NCBI GenBank assembly: GCA_030704615.1
Contig: CM060732.1
Coordinates: 10,416,001-10,480,000 of the forward strand
DNA length: 64,000 bases
From: Takakia lepidozioides
Lineage: Eukaryota; Plantae; Bryophyta
Direction: 5' to 3'
Below are positions 38,801-51,000 of this stretch, piece after piece. The notes below the pieces were generated by a model. That model had not been told where the DNA came from. It made no database searches and saw nothing but the letters and a program-made list of their open reading frames with translations. The position numbers and the translations under genes are program-made. How positions within the stretch are numbered: position 1 is the first letter of the stretch; the number at the start of each line of letters is the position of its first letter.

Positions 38801-40884
38801 ATCCAGAGGAGCACATTGACAGATGTCTGAGAGTCAAACCAATTCAGACTGTCTTGAGGGGTACAAATGATGAATTTACAGACCGCGAGCTGAATTTGAA
38901 GCCCTACACTCATGAGCTTCGCAGCTCTGCCTATGCGTACATCGCCTCTTCGTTTTGCACGGCAGGAATGGCGGCGGTCAATATTTTTGGAGGACCTGCA
39001 CTTTCTTGTCATCTCCATGTAAGTGCTAGTATCATTATAAATATATTCTGAGTTACAGTTTTTTTTATATCTCTTCACTTTATTTTTATATATTTGCTCT
39101 CTTTCACTTATCTCATTTTTGTTAGTTGATGACTTTGAAACAAGGTCCAAAGTCATTTTATAATTCCTGCGTAGGATGTTTAATATTTTTTCATTGTCTC
39201 TAGCTTGTATCTTTTGTCTGACACGGTTAATCATCATGTCACTAGGCTCTTCAAGTACGCGTTCTTGACTTCAACTCCCACGACCAAAAGGTGGTATGCA
39301 AACAGAAGGTAGAGGCAGAGTTTCGTCACTTAATGCTTCAAGAGAAAGGGAAAGGTCCAACCAAAGGCCAACATAGCACCGCTGGGAGTCAACATGGAGG
39401 GCGTGATCCACCACTGAACCCTATTATCCCTAGCACAATCAATCCCATAGTGGATGTTTCAGATTCCAGCGTGTCAGACGAAGACAATCAACATGGGACT
39501 AATAGTAAGGAACCACAAGACGATGTGGTCAGAAGAGTCTCACCTCAAATCACAGAAGGCAGTGCCACCCGAGGTCCAAGTACTGGTGGTATTGGTGATG
39601 GTACTAGTAGTCCTCATAACGAGGAAAATAACGAGAAATTATCGTCGTTTGAGAGGAATTTGAAACTTGGGTCTATGAATGTGATGCTGGATTACAATGC
39701 CACGGGTCATCAGGCCAATCTGGTGAATCTCGTAGATCCAATTGCGTCTGATGTGCAGGTCCCGGAAAATACCATGACAGAGTTTGTTGATGTCTTGGAT
39801 GTGGCTCTTCACAATGATGATGGTGATCGCCCACCAACAATGCAGTTTCTTGAGCCTGTCCCACATGCCATTCCGACTTATCGTGTCCAGTCAATAATGG
39901 GTGCGGTACTTGGGAGGGGTCTAATATCCCCACGTCCAGAGGAAACAAATGCCTTGGATTTGGAAAGGCTGAGCAAGATGATAGGGGTTTTGTTCCTGCA
40001 GCTAGTGATAGGCCTCTGGATTTTCAATCTCCCATCCCCACGAAGAGGCGTAGAGAAGGATCGTCTACTGGGAAAGTGAATGACGTACGTAACATCTTTG
40101 ATCAAGAAACACTGTGATTGGGTAGATGATGAGACATTGTTGAAAACCGTTGATATGAATGTCTGCAATAAATTTGAGTAATACATTCCTTGGTAAACTA
40201 TTTGATTACATGTTTGATATCCATATTTTGTAACTATTAATCTTCATGAATATAATTGTGTGTTCTAGGTTCAACTCTCAGAAACAAGGGAGATCACTAT
40301 GTCACAATCATCCTCAGAGTTACATCGGATAACTCAGACCCAAGTGGAAGTGACAAAGTCATGTTGTGATTACCAACGTTAGCCAATCAAGCTCCGACGC
40401 AGTCCTTAGCCCGTTGTCACTACAGACACACAACACTGGAGCAGCACATGCACTGGAGATGTTGTCACAGATCCAAGAGATGACACAAAAGAGGCTCCAG
40501 GAGCAGGGAATTCCCCCAGTCATTCCAAATCAACCTCAACAGTAGCAAATCAAGGAGACGAGCAATGAGCAGGGTGAAACATCTCCAAATCTGGTAAAGT
40601 GCTACTACACTATCTCTACAATTTTTCTAGATGTGTGGACTTCAAAACATGTTCCGAAGTATTGAATTCTCAAACACATAACAAAGCTAATTACATCTTA
40701 TGACCCAATGTAAGGGGCTGCTATTTCATGAGCGGCATGAGCATGAGCGGAAAAAAAAAAAAAACATGAGCAGACCATTGTAAGTCCACAGAAATAGGGT
40801 TAGGAGGCACGGAAATAGGGTCATGTGAAGTTGGAATGTGGCACCAGTGGACTTGAAATGCAACATTTTATTGTATTTACTTGC

Positions 40885-41979
40885 CGAAAATGGCTAAGTC
40901 CCAGATCTGACTAGTCCCGGAACTGGAAAAATGGCGCCGAATTTCCGATTTTGGTGCCAGTCACATCTGGGACTTAGCCATTTTAGGCCCCGAACTAGAA
41001 CAATGGCGGTTTTTTTTTTTTTTTTTCGGTGCCATTTTACCAGTTCGGGGCCTAAAATGGCTAAGTCCCAGATCTGACTGGGCCCGGAACTGGAAAAATG
41101 GCGCCGAATTTCCGATTTTGGTGCCAGCCACCCTAGGGACTTAGCCATTTTCGGCCCCAAACTGGAAAAATGGCGCCATTTTTCCAGTTCGGGGCCGAAA
41201 ATGGCTAAGTCCCAGATCTGATAGGGCGCGGAACTGGAAAAATGGTGTCGAATTTCCAGTTGCGGTTCCAGCCATCGTAGGGACTTAGCCATTTTCGGGG
41301 CCCGGAACTGGAAAAATGGCGCCATTTTTCCATTTCGGGGCCAAAAATGGCTAAGTCCCAGATCAGACTGGGCCCCGAACTGGAAAAATGGCGCCGAATT
41401 TCCGATTTTGGGTGCCAGCCAGATCTGGGACTTAGCCGTTTTCGGCCCCGAACTAGAAAAATGGCCGTTTTTTTTTTTTTTTTTCGGCGCCATTTTTCCA
41501 GTTCGGGGCCTAAAATGGCTAAGTCCCAAATCTGACTGGGCCCCGAACTGGAAAAATGGCGCCGAATTTCCGATTTTGGGTGCCAGTCAGATCTGGGACT
41601 TAGCCGTTTTCGACCCCGAACTGGAAAAATGGATTTTTATTTTTTATTTTTTTCGGCGCCATTTTTTCCAGTTCGGGGCCTAAAATGGCTAAGTCCCAGA
41701 TGTGACTGGGCCCAGAAATGGAAAAATGGCGCCGAATTTCCGATTTTGGGTGCCAGTCAGATCTGGGACTTAGCCGTTTTCGACCCCGAACTGGAAAAAT
41801 GGCGTTTTTTTTTTTTTTTTTTTTTTTTTTTCGGCGCCATTTTTCTAGTTCGGGCCGAAAATGGCTAAGTCCCAGATCTGACTGGGCCCAGAACTGGAAA
41901 AATGGCGCCGAATTTCCGATTTTGGGTGCCAGTCAGATCTGGGACTTAGCCGTTTTCGGCCCCGAACTGGAAAAATGGC

Positions 41980-42012
<33 letters not shown>

Positions 42013-42714
42013 TTTTTCCGGCGCCATTTTTCCATTTCGGGGCCGAAAATGGCTAAGTCCCAGATCTGACTGGCACCAAAATCGGAAATTCGGCGCCATT
42101 TTTCCAGTCATGCAGGTAATTCAAAGAGCGGATGGATGGAAATCCGGCGCCGGATTTCCATCCGCCAGGTAAGTCGGCGCGCAAAATTTCCGTCATGCAG
42201 GTAATTCGAAGAGCGGATGGATGAAAATCCGGCGCCGGATTTTCATCCATCCGCTCTTCGAATTACCTGCATGACTGGAAAAATGGCGCCGAATTTCCGA
42301 TTTTGGGTGCAAGTCAGATCTGGGACTTAGCCGTTTTCGGCCCTGAACTAGAAAAATGGCGTTTTTTTTTTTTTTTTTTTTTTTTTTGGCTCTTTTTCCA
42401 TTTCGTTGCCGAAAATGGCTAAGTCCCAGATCTGACTGGCACCAAAATCGGAAATTCGGCGCCATTTTTCCAGTCATGCAGGTAATTCAAAGAGCGGATG
42501 GATGGAAATCCGGCGCCGGATTTCCATCGGCCAGGTAAGTCGGCGCGCAAAATTTCCGTCATAAAGGTAATTCGAAGAGCGGATGGATGCCGGTTTTCAT
42601 CCATCCGCTCTTCGAATTACCTGCATGACTGGAAAAATGCCGCCGAATTTCCGATTTTGGGTGCCAGTCAGATCTGGGACTTAGCCGTTTTCGGCCCCGA
42701 ACTGGAAAAATGGC

Positions 42715-42751
<37 letters not shown>

Positions 42752-44440
42752 CCATTTCGGGGCCGAAAATGGCTAAGTCCCAGATCTGACTTGCACCAAA
42801 ATCGGAAATTCGGCGCCATTTTTCCAGTCATGCAGGTAATTCGAAGAGCAGATGGATGGAAATCCGGCGCCGGATTTCCATCCGCTAGCTAGGTCGGCGC
42901 GCAAAATTTCCGTCATGCAGGTAATTCGAATAGCGGATGGATGGAAATCCGGTTTCCATCCGCAAGGTTGGTCGGAGAGCGGATGGATGGAGATCCGGCA
43001 CCGGATTTCCATCCTGCAGGTAAGTGGAATCCCGGATGGATGGAAATCCGGCGCCGAATTTCCATCCTGCAGGTAATTCGAATCCCAGATGGATGGAAAT
43101 TCGGCGCCGGATTTCCATCCAGCAGGTAAGTGGAATCCCGGATGGATGGAAATTCGGCGCCGAATTTCCATCCTGCAGGTAATTCGAATCCCAGATGGAT
43201 GGAAATTCGGCGCCGGATTTCCATCCAGCAGGTAAGTGGAATCCCGGATGGATGGAAATTCGGCGCCGGATTTCCATCCTGGAGGTAATTCGAATCCCAG
43301 ATGGATGGAAATTCGGCGCCGCATTTCCATCCAGCAGGTAACTGGAATCCCGGATGGATCGAAATCTGGCGCCGAATTTCCATCCTGCAGGTACTTCCTC
43401 GCTGAGAATTACCTTCCTGCAGGTAATTCTCATCTCGGAATTACCTTCCTGCAGGTAATTCTGAGCGAGGAATTACCTTCCTACCTTCGTCGATAAGAAT
43501 TACCTGCAGGAAGGTAATTCTCAGCGATGAATTACCTGCAGGATGGAAATTCGGCGCCGGATATCCATACGCCAGCGATCCGACTTACCTGCTGGATGGA
43601 AATTCGGCGCCGAATTTCCATCCATCCGGGATTCGAATTACCTGCAGGATGGATATGCGGCGCCGGATTTCGATCGATATGGGATTTCACTTACCTGCTG
43701 GATGGAAATTTGGCGCCGGATTTCCATCCATCCGGGATTGCACTTGCCTGCTGGGTGGAAATTCGGCGCCGAATTTCCATCCGGGGGCTGGTGTCTGTCG
43801 CAGAGGTGCCGGCCTCTCCGCCGCTCTGTTGGATATTCGGTGCCGAATTTCCGTCCGGCGGTTGAAATATGACGGCCAGGTGCCGACCTCTCCCCCTCCC
43901 CGACCGCATTGGAACGGCCCCGGATTGAAATTCGGCGCCGTTTTCCTATCTGGGGAGGTTTTTATGTCGGCCAGTTTTCGGTCTGACACCCCGACAAGAC
44001 TTCCTTGGGGGGGCCCGGATGGAAATTCGGCGCCGAATCTCCATCCAGGGGATGCTGTCTGTCGAACACGTGCCGACCTCTACGCCCAAGGCGACTTCAT
44101 CCGGGCGTCCCCTGTTCGATATTCGGTGCCGAATTTCCGTCCGGGGGTTGAAATGTGACGGCCAAGTGCCGGCCTCTCCCCCCTCCCCGACTGCATCCGA
44201 ACCGCCCCGGATGGAAATTCGGCGCCGTTTTTCCATTTGGGGATGTTTTTATGCCGGCCAGTTTTCGGCCTGACCCCCCGACACGACTTCCTTTGGGGGG
44301 CCCGGATGGAAATTCGGCGCCGAATCTCCATCCAGGGGATGTTCTCTGTCGCACACGCGCCGGCCTCTGCGCCCGAGGCGACTTCATCCGGGCTTTCCCT
44401 GTTGGATATTGGGTGCCGAATTTCCATTCGGGGGTAGTAA
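40885..44440. repeat. 3.5-kb foldback and tandem array built on GGAAATTCGGCGCCGAATTTCC-type palindromes
   Basis: About 180-360-bp hairpin units with poly-T loops (40885-42960), 60-bp units (42985-43390) and their inverted counterpart (43530-43785), and ~300-bp tandem units (43770-44440). Perfect 30-bp palindrome at 43144-43173. Confidence 0.93.
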
Positions 44441-44730
44441 TGTGACGGCACGGTGCCGGCTTCTCCCCTTCAGCCGTCATCATCCGGATGGCCCCCCACT
44501 TTCTGACTGCATACCGTTGGCAGTTATTGCGCAAAGACCAGGGGCCGCATTCCGGAGACAAGGTTCATTAACACTCTGACTGTGGATTTTTGAGATAGTT
44601 GGCTCCCTACATTTGGATCAGGCTTCGTCGCTCGGACAAATCGGCATCGCATTCATTCCCATCGCTGCATCCCCTTCTACCAGGGAGCTTCCCCGCACTC
44701 CATCCTGGGAGTCTTGTGTGCACATCTCCC

Positions 44731-46817
44731 ATGGCGGAAAACTTGAGCACTACAGTGTACTGCCCTCCTCACGAGCATAGAGCTTCATTTCCGTGCAGAT
44801 GGGACACCTGCCGGGTGATGGAGAAATATCTGTGCGTTCGATACCACCTGAAACCGGGGTCGGTTCTTTTGGAGGAGGAAATGAAGGACTCTAACGGCCT
44901 TGTTGTCGAGAGTATTGTTGTGCTCCACGATGATTTCGGCGATGGCAGGGAATGGCGAGTTCCACCATTGGACAGCGTCATACACAGGGCTGTTGGGGAC
45001 TTCATTTGCCCGCCAAATGCACCTTCTATCCTGGCGCCTTCCACGAAACAATCCGCGAATCAGAGAGTGGCTACCTCAAAGAGAGAAGTCCGCAACGAAG
45101 TAAATCCAGAGCCGAACCCATCCATGAAGACGAGCAAGAACCGGGTTGTTCACAACCTGTCCGACTCAGACGAGGTCATGGAAGTTCCGAGGTCGTCCTG
45201 GAGATCAGGCAAGTCCTCAATGGACGTCAGTGGAGGAGGGAGTCATATTCCCAGCACGAGCACCGCAGTTCGATCTATTCTTGAAATTCTGCGAGGGCTT
45301 CACCTGGAGGGACACCGGTCGGAGCTGGCCGGGCTGGACTACAGCAAGTTCGCAATTAAATCGGTTACATGCCTTCCCGCCGACGTCGACGGTAATATCT
45401 TCTTTGAGTTCCCTCCTCGGGCGGACTACTCGAGGGCGTCCGGAATGTTGACAGATATGGATAGAAAACATGACGGTCATCCTTGGTGCGTTATCAAAAC
45501 CACCAGCATGAAGATGCTCGATGGTGTGCGGGTGCGCTACGTTGTTTGTGCGGGCGCGTTGCGGTGTTTCTCCCCAACTTGCTTCCACTTTAAATCCAGA
45601 GGTCACAGGAACGAGACCGATTGGACAGGCACAGCTCATCAACCATTTCGAGCTCAGGAGAAGGTTCCGAACTCCACATTTAAGTGTGCGCATTGCAAAG
45701 AACCACCACACTGCATGTCTGTTTGTAATGCCAAGCAGCTCTATGTGTTGCACCGTTTCCCTGACCTCACCCGAGCTTGCATACACGTTGGTTCCCATTG
45801 TCACAAATTGGCGAGGGGAACTCGCGGGAGGCTGCCCACGAAGCAGAGCAGCTCGTTCAGGAGGAGGTTAAGTTGAGACCGGGTGCCAAACCCAAACAGA
45901 TACAGCTCCAAGCCGCCCATAAGATGGCATTGGCCAGAATTATGTCGGAAGACGGCTCCGATAGAGTTCCTCTCGACGAGAAGGAAATGGAGGCATTGCT
46001 GGAGTCGGTGTCCCACGTATGTTCACCGAATGTCCGAAATCACATTGTCTCATGCAAACAGAAAATTGGGCGTGGCTCGGATATGCACTCCATTCTGGAG
46101 GTGAAGCGACGATGTGGATATGACTACATTCATGGAAGTAGGTTTCCAGGACAAGGGACTGAGGCAGATCGTTGTTTCGTATTCAAAATGTCCACGTGTG
46201 GACCTGGCAGCGGCGTCGAACTGGTCGACAGGATGACGAGTAGGAACTTGTCAAACAGTTGGGTCATGTTCGACCATATCAAGCGAATTACAAATCACCA
46301 GTGGGTGACAATGGGTGCACATGTCTACGACACCCACTGCAGGATGCTAATGACAATTGCTATTTGTGAGATGAAAAGAGAGGACACACAATCGGAGATG
46401 CTTCTTTGGCAGGGAATAAACGAACAGATGGCCAAGGCGGGATTGCCCCCTCCGAATTTCCGTGGTTTCATGGCGGACAACGCACAAGCAAATTGGGCTG
46501 CCATCCGAAGGGTGTACGGGCAAGACCCCAATGTTCCCATGGAAGGCAAGGAGAGATCTTGTGGGTTCCATTTTCTGCAGAGCCTTTCGCAGTACACAAC
46601 CAGGCTCGTGGCGCCAGATTTCAGAGAGGAGCACCGTTCCATGTGCCTTGCGTGGAAGCGCGCTCCTACCTTGGATGATGCAGAGACACAGTTTGCATGC
46701 ATACGGGCTTGGTGGACATCGTCAGGTGCTGTAAGGAAATCAGATGAGGGAGCAATGGTCAGTTGGCTAGCATGGTGGCATTATCATTTCCTCCAGTTCG
46801 GCGACTATATGCGGGAG
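44731..46817 (+). pseudogene. MULE transposase exon 1 (frameshift at about 45815; exon 2 deleted)
   Basis: Nearly identical to 4633-2546, but has G4 where copy 1 has G5. After the donor GTGAG the sequence jumps to the subterminal region, losing the catalytic E and SWIM. Confidence 0.92.
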
Positions 46818-47542
46818 GTGAGTTGCACGTCCGAACATGCTAAGTCCGAACTGGCTAAGTCCGAACATGCACTGGAAAAATGGCGCCGAATTACCTATCA
46901 TGAGGGGACCTATAGCCGCGGAATTCGGCACCATTTTTCGCCAGAGAGACCTATTACCGCGAAATACGTCGCCGTTTTTCAGGTTACGGACCCTATTACC
47001 GCGAAATTCGGCGCCATATTTGCACATGTCGCTGGGAATTGGCATGAGCGGAAGACGAAATATCATGAGCACAACTGTCAAAACTGCAATTTTCCCTTCA
47101 AGGGGCCGAATAATATATTTGTTTTTCCTGACACATTGCATTAAATTATTGTTTTTTATTGTTTTTTATTTTCGAAATTTGTACTTCTGCTCATGAAAAC
47201 CGATTGTCTTACTACTCCGCTCATGCCGCTCATGCTCATGAAATAGCAAACCTCCAATGTAATACATACACTTATGGATAACTCTTTAGTGTCATCTTTT
47301 ATCCACTCTTGATATAGAAGTGAGATCCAAAACTATAACCCCTTTGTCCATTGGCCCCAATGAGTCAAGAACATTATATTATGTTGTGGTTCTTTGATTT
47401 CGGAGCCAGAACCATGTGTGTATATGTACGGTATAAATAATTGTGCTTAGTTGCCTTCGTATTATTGAATGGTTATTACAATAATTGTGCATCTTCTTGC
47501 TAACTCGTTTGTTTCGGGGTTGCAACTCTCTGATTTCACCAG

Positions 47543-48027
47543 AATGAGCCTCAACGACCTCTTGGCGAGATACAGAGTGTCCAAAAATGAATGTTGATTA
47601 TATTTGACCTGAACGGTGTGCTTTGTCGCACAGAGAGAATTGAGGAGGGTATTGTTGTGAAGGAACATTCCAGTGCAAGCAAACATTTCAAACAGCCCTT
47701 AGTTATTGGCAAGAAATTGGTCTACCGACGTGAACGTTATGATCAAGTCTGGCGTTCATTAAGTGGTTCATTTGATCTAGCTATCTGGAGTTGCATGATG
47801 CTCCGAAACCTCATGCCTATTGTTAAGAGACTTTTTGAAGGTCTGCCACAACCTGTTTTTGTTATGACTCAGAACGACTGCATAGTCTGCCCCCCAAATA
47901 CTGATCCTCAGTACAAGGCAAGACAAAATCAAACAGATCATCCATCTATGTTCCTTAAGCCTCTTAGGATAGTGTGGGAGAAGTACCCAGGTCGATATGA
48001 TGAGGTCAATACTCTCATTGTTGATGA
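47543..48027 (+). pseudogene. FCP1/NIF-family HAD phosphatase exon (DLNG type), 3'-truncated
   Basis: QK*MLIIFDLNGVLC...VYRR...FDLAIWSCMM..NL...FLKPLRIVW...YDEVNTLIVD. The frame is cut at the final HAD motif by LINE sequence. Confidence 0.82.
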
Positions 48028-48029
48028 GT

Positions 48030-51000
48030 TGGTTAGGTTCGATAGCGGCGAGGAGTGTTACACCGGGTGGGAATTGTAGGAGGGGGTGGGGACTGTTGGG
48101 TAGCTTTTGGTGAGTGAGTAAAAGGATCGTGACGCTTGATGGGGAGGATTGTGTGGCCATACGGGCCCATTGGAGGGCCTCATGTGTGAGGGGGCCTGAA
48201 GGGGGGTTGGCAAATCCCTTCCCTGCCCATGCGTGTTGGGTGGCATGTCCGGTGGCTCCGAAGATGGAGTCCCGGGGGTGGGGGCTGGCAAAAGTTGTGA
48301 TTTCCATCGGGCACGTAAGCGGACTGGAATAATATGAATGAGTGAGTCCAAAAGTGGTAATGAGCAGAGAGAGGATATCCTGGGGGATGGTAGTATGAGC
48401 AAATGCTTATGTTAGTTTTGTCAGGGAACGGGGTTTTTTGGGAGGAGTGTCTTGGAGGTAGCGGGTAGCAAGCCAACTGAGTTTGGTAGCGAAGTCTTGT
48501 CGGGGGTGGGTGGATTTGAGCGTCACAGGGGAGGAAGTAGAGTATTTAGCCCATAGCCAAGCTAGTCTGTCATTGGGAATGAGGCCAAAAAAACGGCCGT
48601 TGAAGGTGTAGATAGTTGACATGTGAGGGCCGTGACAGATTGTGGGGGAGGTGTGCAGGATATCCTTATCTGGATTGCATTCAGTAATGTGTATGTGTAC
48701 GTTGGGGGCGGTAAGTGGTTGATGTACGTGTCGAGCATCTTTGGGTTGGGTTTGGGAGATATGTTGTTGGTGGGTATGTGCGAGGTAGTTAGTGTCGGTA
48801 CGTTTGTGGAATGCGGTGAGGAGTGTGAGATTGTGGGCGGGGTTGCAGTCGTCATGTGAGCCAAAGAGGTCATCCTCGATTTGCCATGAGTTATCATCAG
48901 CTGTGTAGCCGGCCCATTGGCATAGGTAATAGGTATCAATACAAGTGGCCCCATATGAGTCTGTGGAAGTTTGGGTTTTAGTACCTAGGATGGCTTCGAT
49001 AACATATGCTTCGGGGTTATCTGTGTGGTCATGATGAGTTGCAGGAGTGCCAGGTGAGGTGGGAGCTGGGGTGGAAGTAGTTTGCGTAAGAATGGCGTGT
49101 GGATGCAGGCGGGGGGGGGGGGGTCTAGGACAAGTCCCTATCCAAGTGGGGAGAGGGTATGGGGGAGGTGGATGTGGATGGGGTGTCTCTAGTTTCAAGT
49201 GTTCCTGCGGTTTGGGAGGCCTTAAGCGTGTGGAGAATAGAGGGGGATGGGCCTGATCTGTAGGCAGGTAGTAAGTCGCGTTGGGTATGAGGAAAGAGTG
49301 AGCATGGGAGATCGCATTCAAGGGTACATGATGCGGATGGGTGGCAGAGTAGAGTATGTAGGTGTTGGAGGAACCTGCATGTTTTGGCTGTGGCACGAGA
49401 ATGTTTAAGTGTGAATGCTCCCGGGGTTATAAGTTGAGTCCCTGTGACGGTGGTAAGTTGGGTGAGATGAGTGATATGCCGTTCTTTGAAATAGGTGAGG
49501 AGGGAACGCTTTTGGCGGGGATGAAGGCGTTCAAAATGGGAGAGGGAGGGTCTGGTATTTAGGGCGTGTTCCAGCTGTGGTATCATGTTATGATAGCCGG
49601 GTATGTCGGTTTGGATGTTGATACGCATTTGTCGTAGGATGAGTAGTGTACGTGCCGTGGGGGAGTGTAGGCAAGATTGGGAATGAAGAGATGGGAGGGC
49701 TTGTAGTCCATTGAATTTGTGGGCTAGGAATTTAAGAAGTCCGCCGTAAATAAGTCCTAGGCGTCCAGGGTCATTGAGTGCTTCTTGTAGCTGGGTACCA
49801 AGGGTTCGGGCATATGAAATAATCAGGGGGCTGGAGCCGACGCCGTAATAGTCTGTCGGGAGTTGGGTGAGGGCACTAGGAGTACTGGTAGGTAAGCCAC
49901 ATATTCGCTTGGTTAGTCGAGTGATGTGTTTGTCAAAGGAGCGACGTGAAAAGAGTATTGGACTTGTGGCTTAAGCACAAAGCTGATGATTGATAGTTTG
50001 GGTCTAATGGAGACAGGGGATTTAAGAAGAGCCAGGCTTTTGTTAGAGAGCTTAGCAAGTGAGGTGGTCTTTTGCACATGCCAGGTGAGTGATGGGACTA
50101 GCTGGATACCTAAGTATGTGTAAGGCTCATCGGGTCCCAAAAATGGGAAGGAGTTGTTTAGGTAATGGATGTAAAGTTTACAATGAGAAGCCATCGCAGT
50201 TTTTGTTAATTTACTGCGGTGGGTTGTTGCGGTAATGGCGCACTTGTGGAGGCTAAGTTCCATGCCAGACCATAAGTTAAAGCGGGATAACTTGCTGACT
50301 TGCCGGTTGAGGTGTTGGGGTTTGTGAGCTAGACTACCGAGGTCGTCAGCGTATGTGGCGGTGGAGATTTCATTGAGGGGGGTTTTATAGTGATAACCAA
50401 GATTCCCGCGTGCTAACCATCTTAGTAGAGGTTCTAAAAAGATAATAAAGAGGTATGGACTGAGGGTATCACCCTAGATGGTACCGCGTAGGATAGGAAT
50501 AGGGGGGGTGGTACCATAGTATGAACCGGAGTATTCCGTAGTGCTGTTGGTATAGATGTTGCCAATGTGTTGGATGGCATCGATGAGATAACCGAGGTCC
50601 GTCATGATGGCAAGTAGTCTAGCATGGTCTAAGGATCCGAAGGTATTTTAAAGTCTATATACAAGAGATAGATATATTGTTTAGTGAGCTTGGCATCTTC
50701 AAGGGCTGAGAGGACGTATTGTATTTGACGAGTTGTGCTACGTGTGGCTCGGAAGCCCTCCTGGGGGTCACTCGGAATATGGTGTTGTTCACCGTAATTG
50801 GATAGCAGCGTGGTCAGTGTGCTGGTAAACAATTTATAGATAGTATTGGCTAGGGCTATGGGTGTGTAGTTACCGAGGTTAGTTGGGTCGCCTTTCTTAA
50901 ATAGCAGGATGGTGCGGCTGTGTTTCCAAGTAGGTGGGATACGTTTGAGTTGGTAGCATAGCTTAAAAAATTTAAAGAAGAGGGTATGAAGATGGGGGTC

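Larger units (their letters stand above)
40714..47254 (+). mobile_element. Mutator-like transposon, subfamily A copy 2; both ends present, internally deleted, non-autonomous
   Basis: TIRs GGGGCTGCTATTTCATGAGC and GCTCATGAAATAGCAAACCTC. Flanking direct repeat CAATGTAA at 40706-40713 and 47255-47262 (9 bp if the adjacent C is included). Confidence 0.93.
36286..48027 (+). pseudogene. Multi-exon gene: unknown domain, ParB/DGQHR-like domain, permuted DNA MTase-like domain, low-complexity linker and FCP1/NIF phosphatase; split by a MULE in an intron
   Basis: FFVIGGQHT (GGQHT at 37265-37279); SSFCTAGMAAVNIFGGP (NIFGGP at 38980-38997); LIIFDLNGVL (47594). Phase-0 GT-AG introns at 37295-37386, 37639-37762, 39019-39245 and 40594-47542. 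Confidence 0.6.

Noticed and set aside
40894-44561. Many ORFs such as WKFGAEFPS and MEIRRRISI repeats, or poly-F/poly-K frames
   Set aside because: These are translations of palindromic DNA repeats and appear on both strands; there is no coding evidence.
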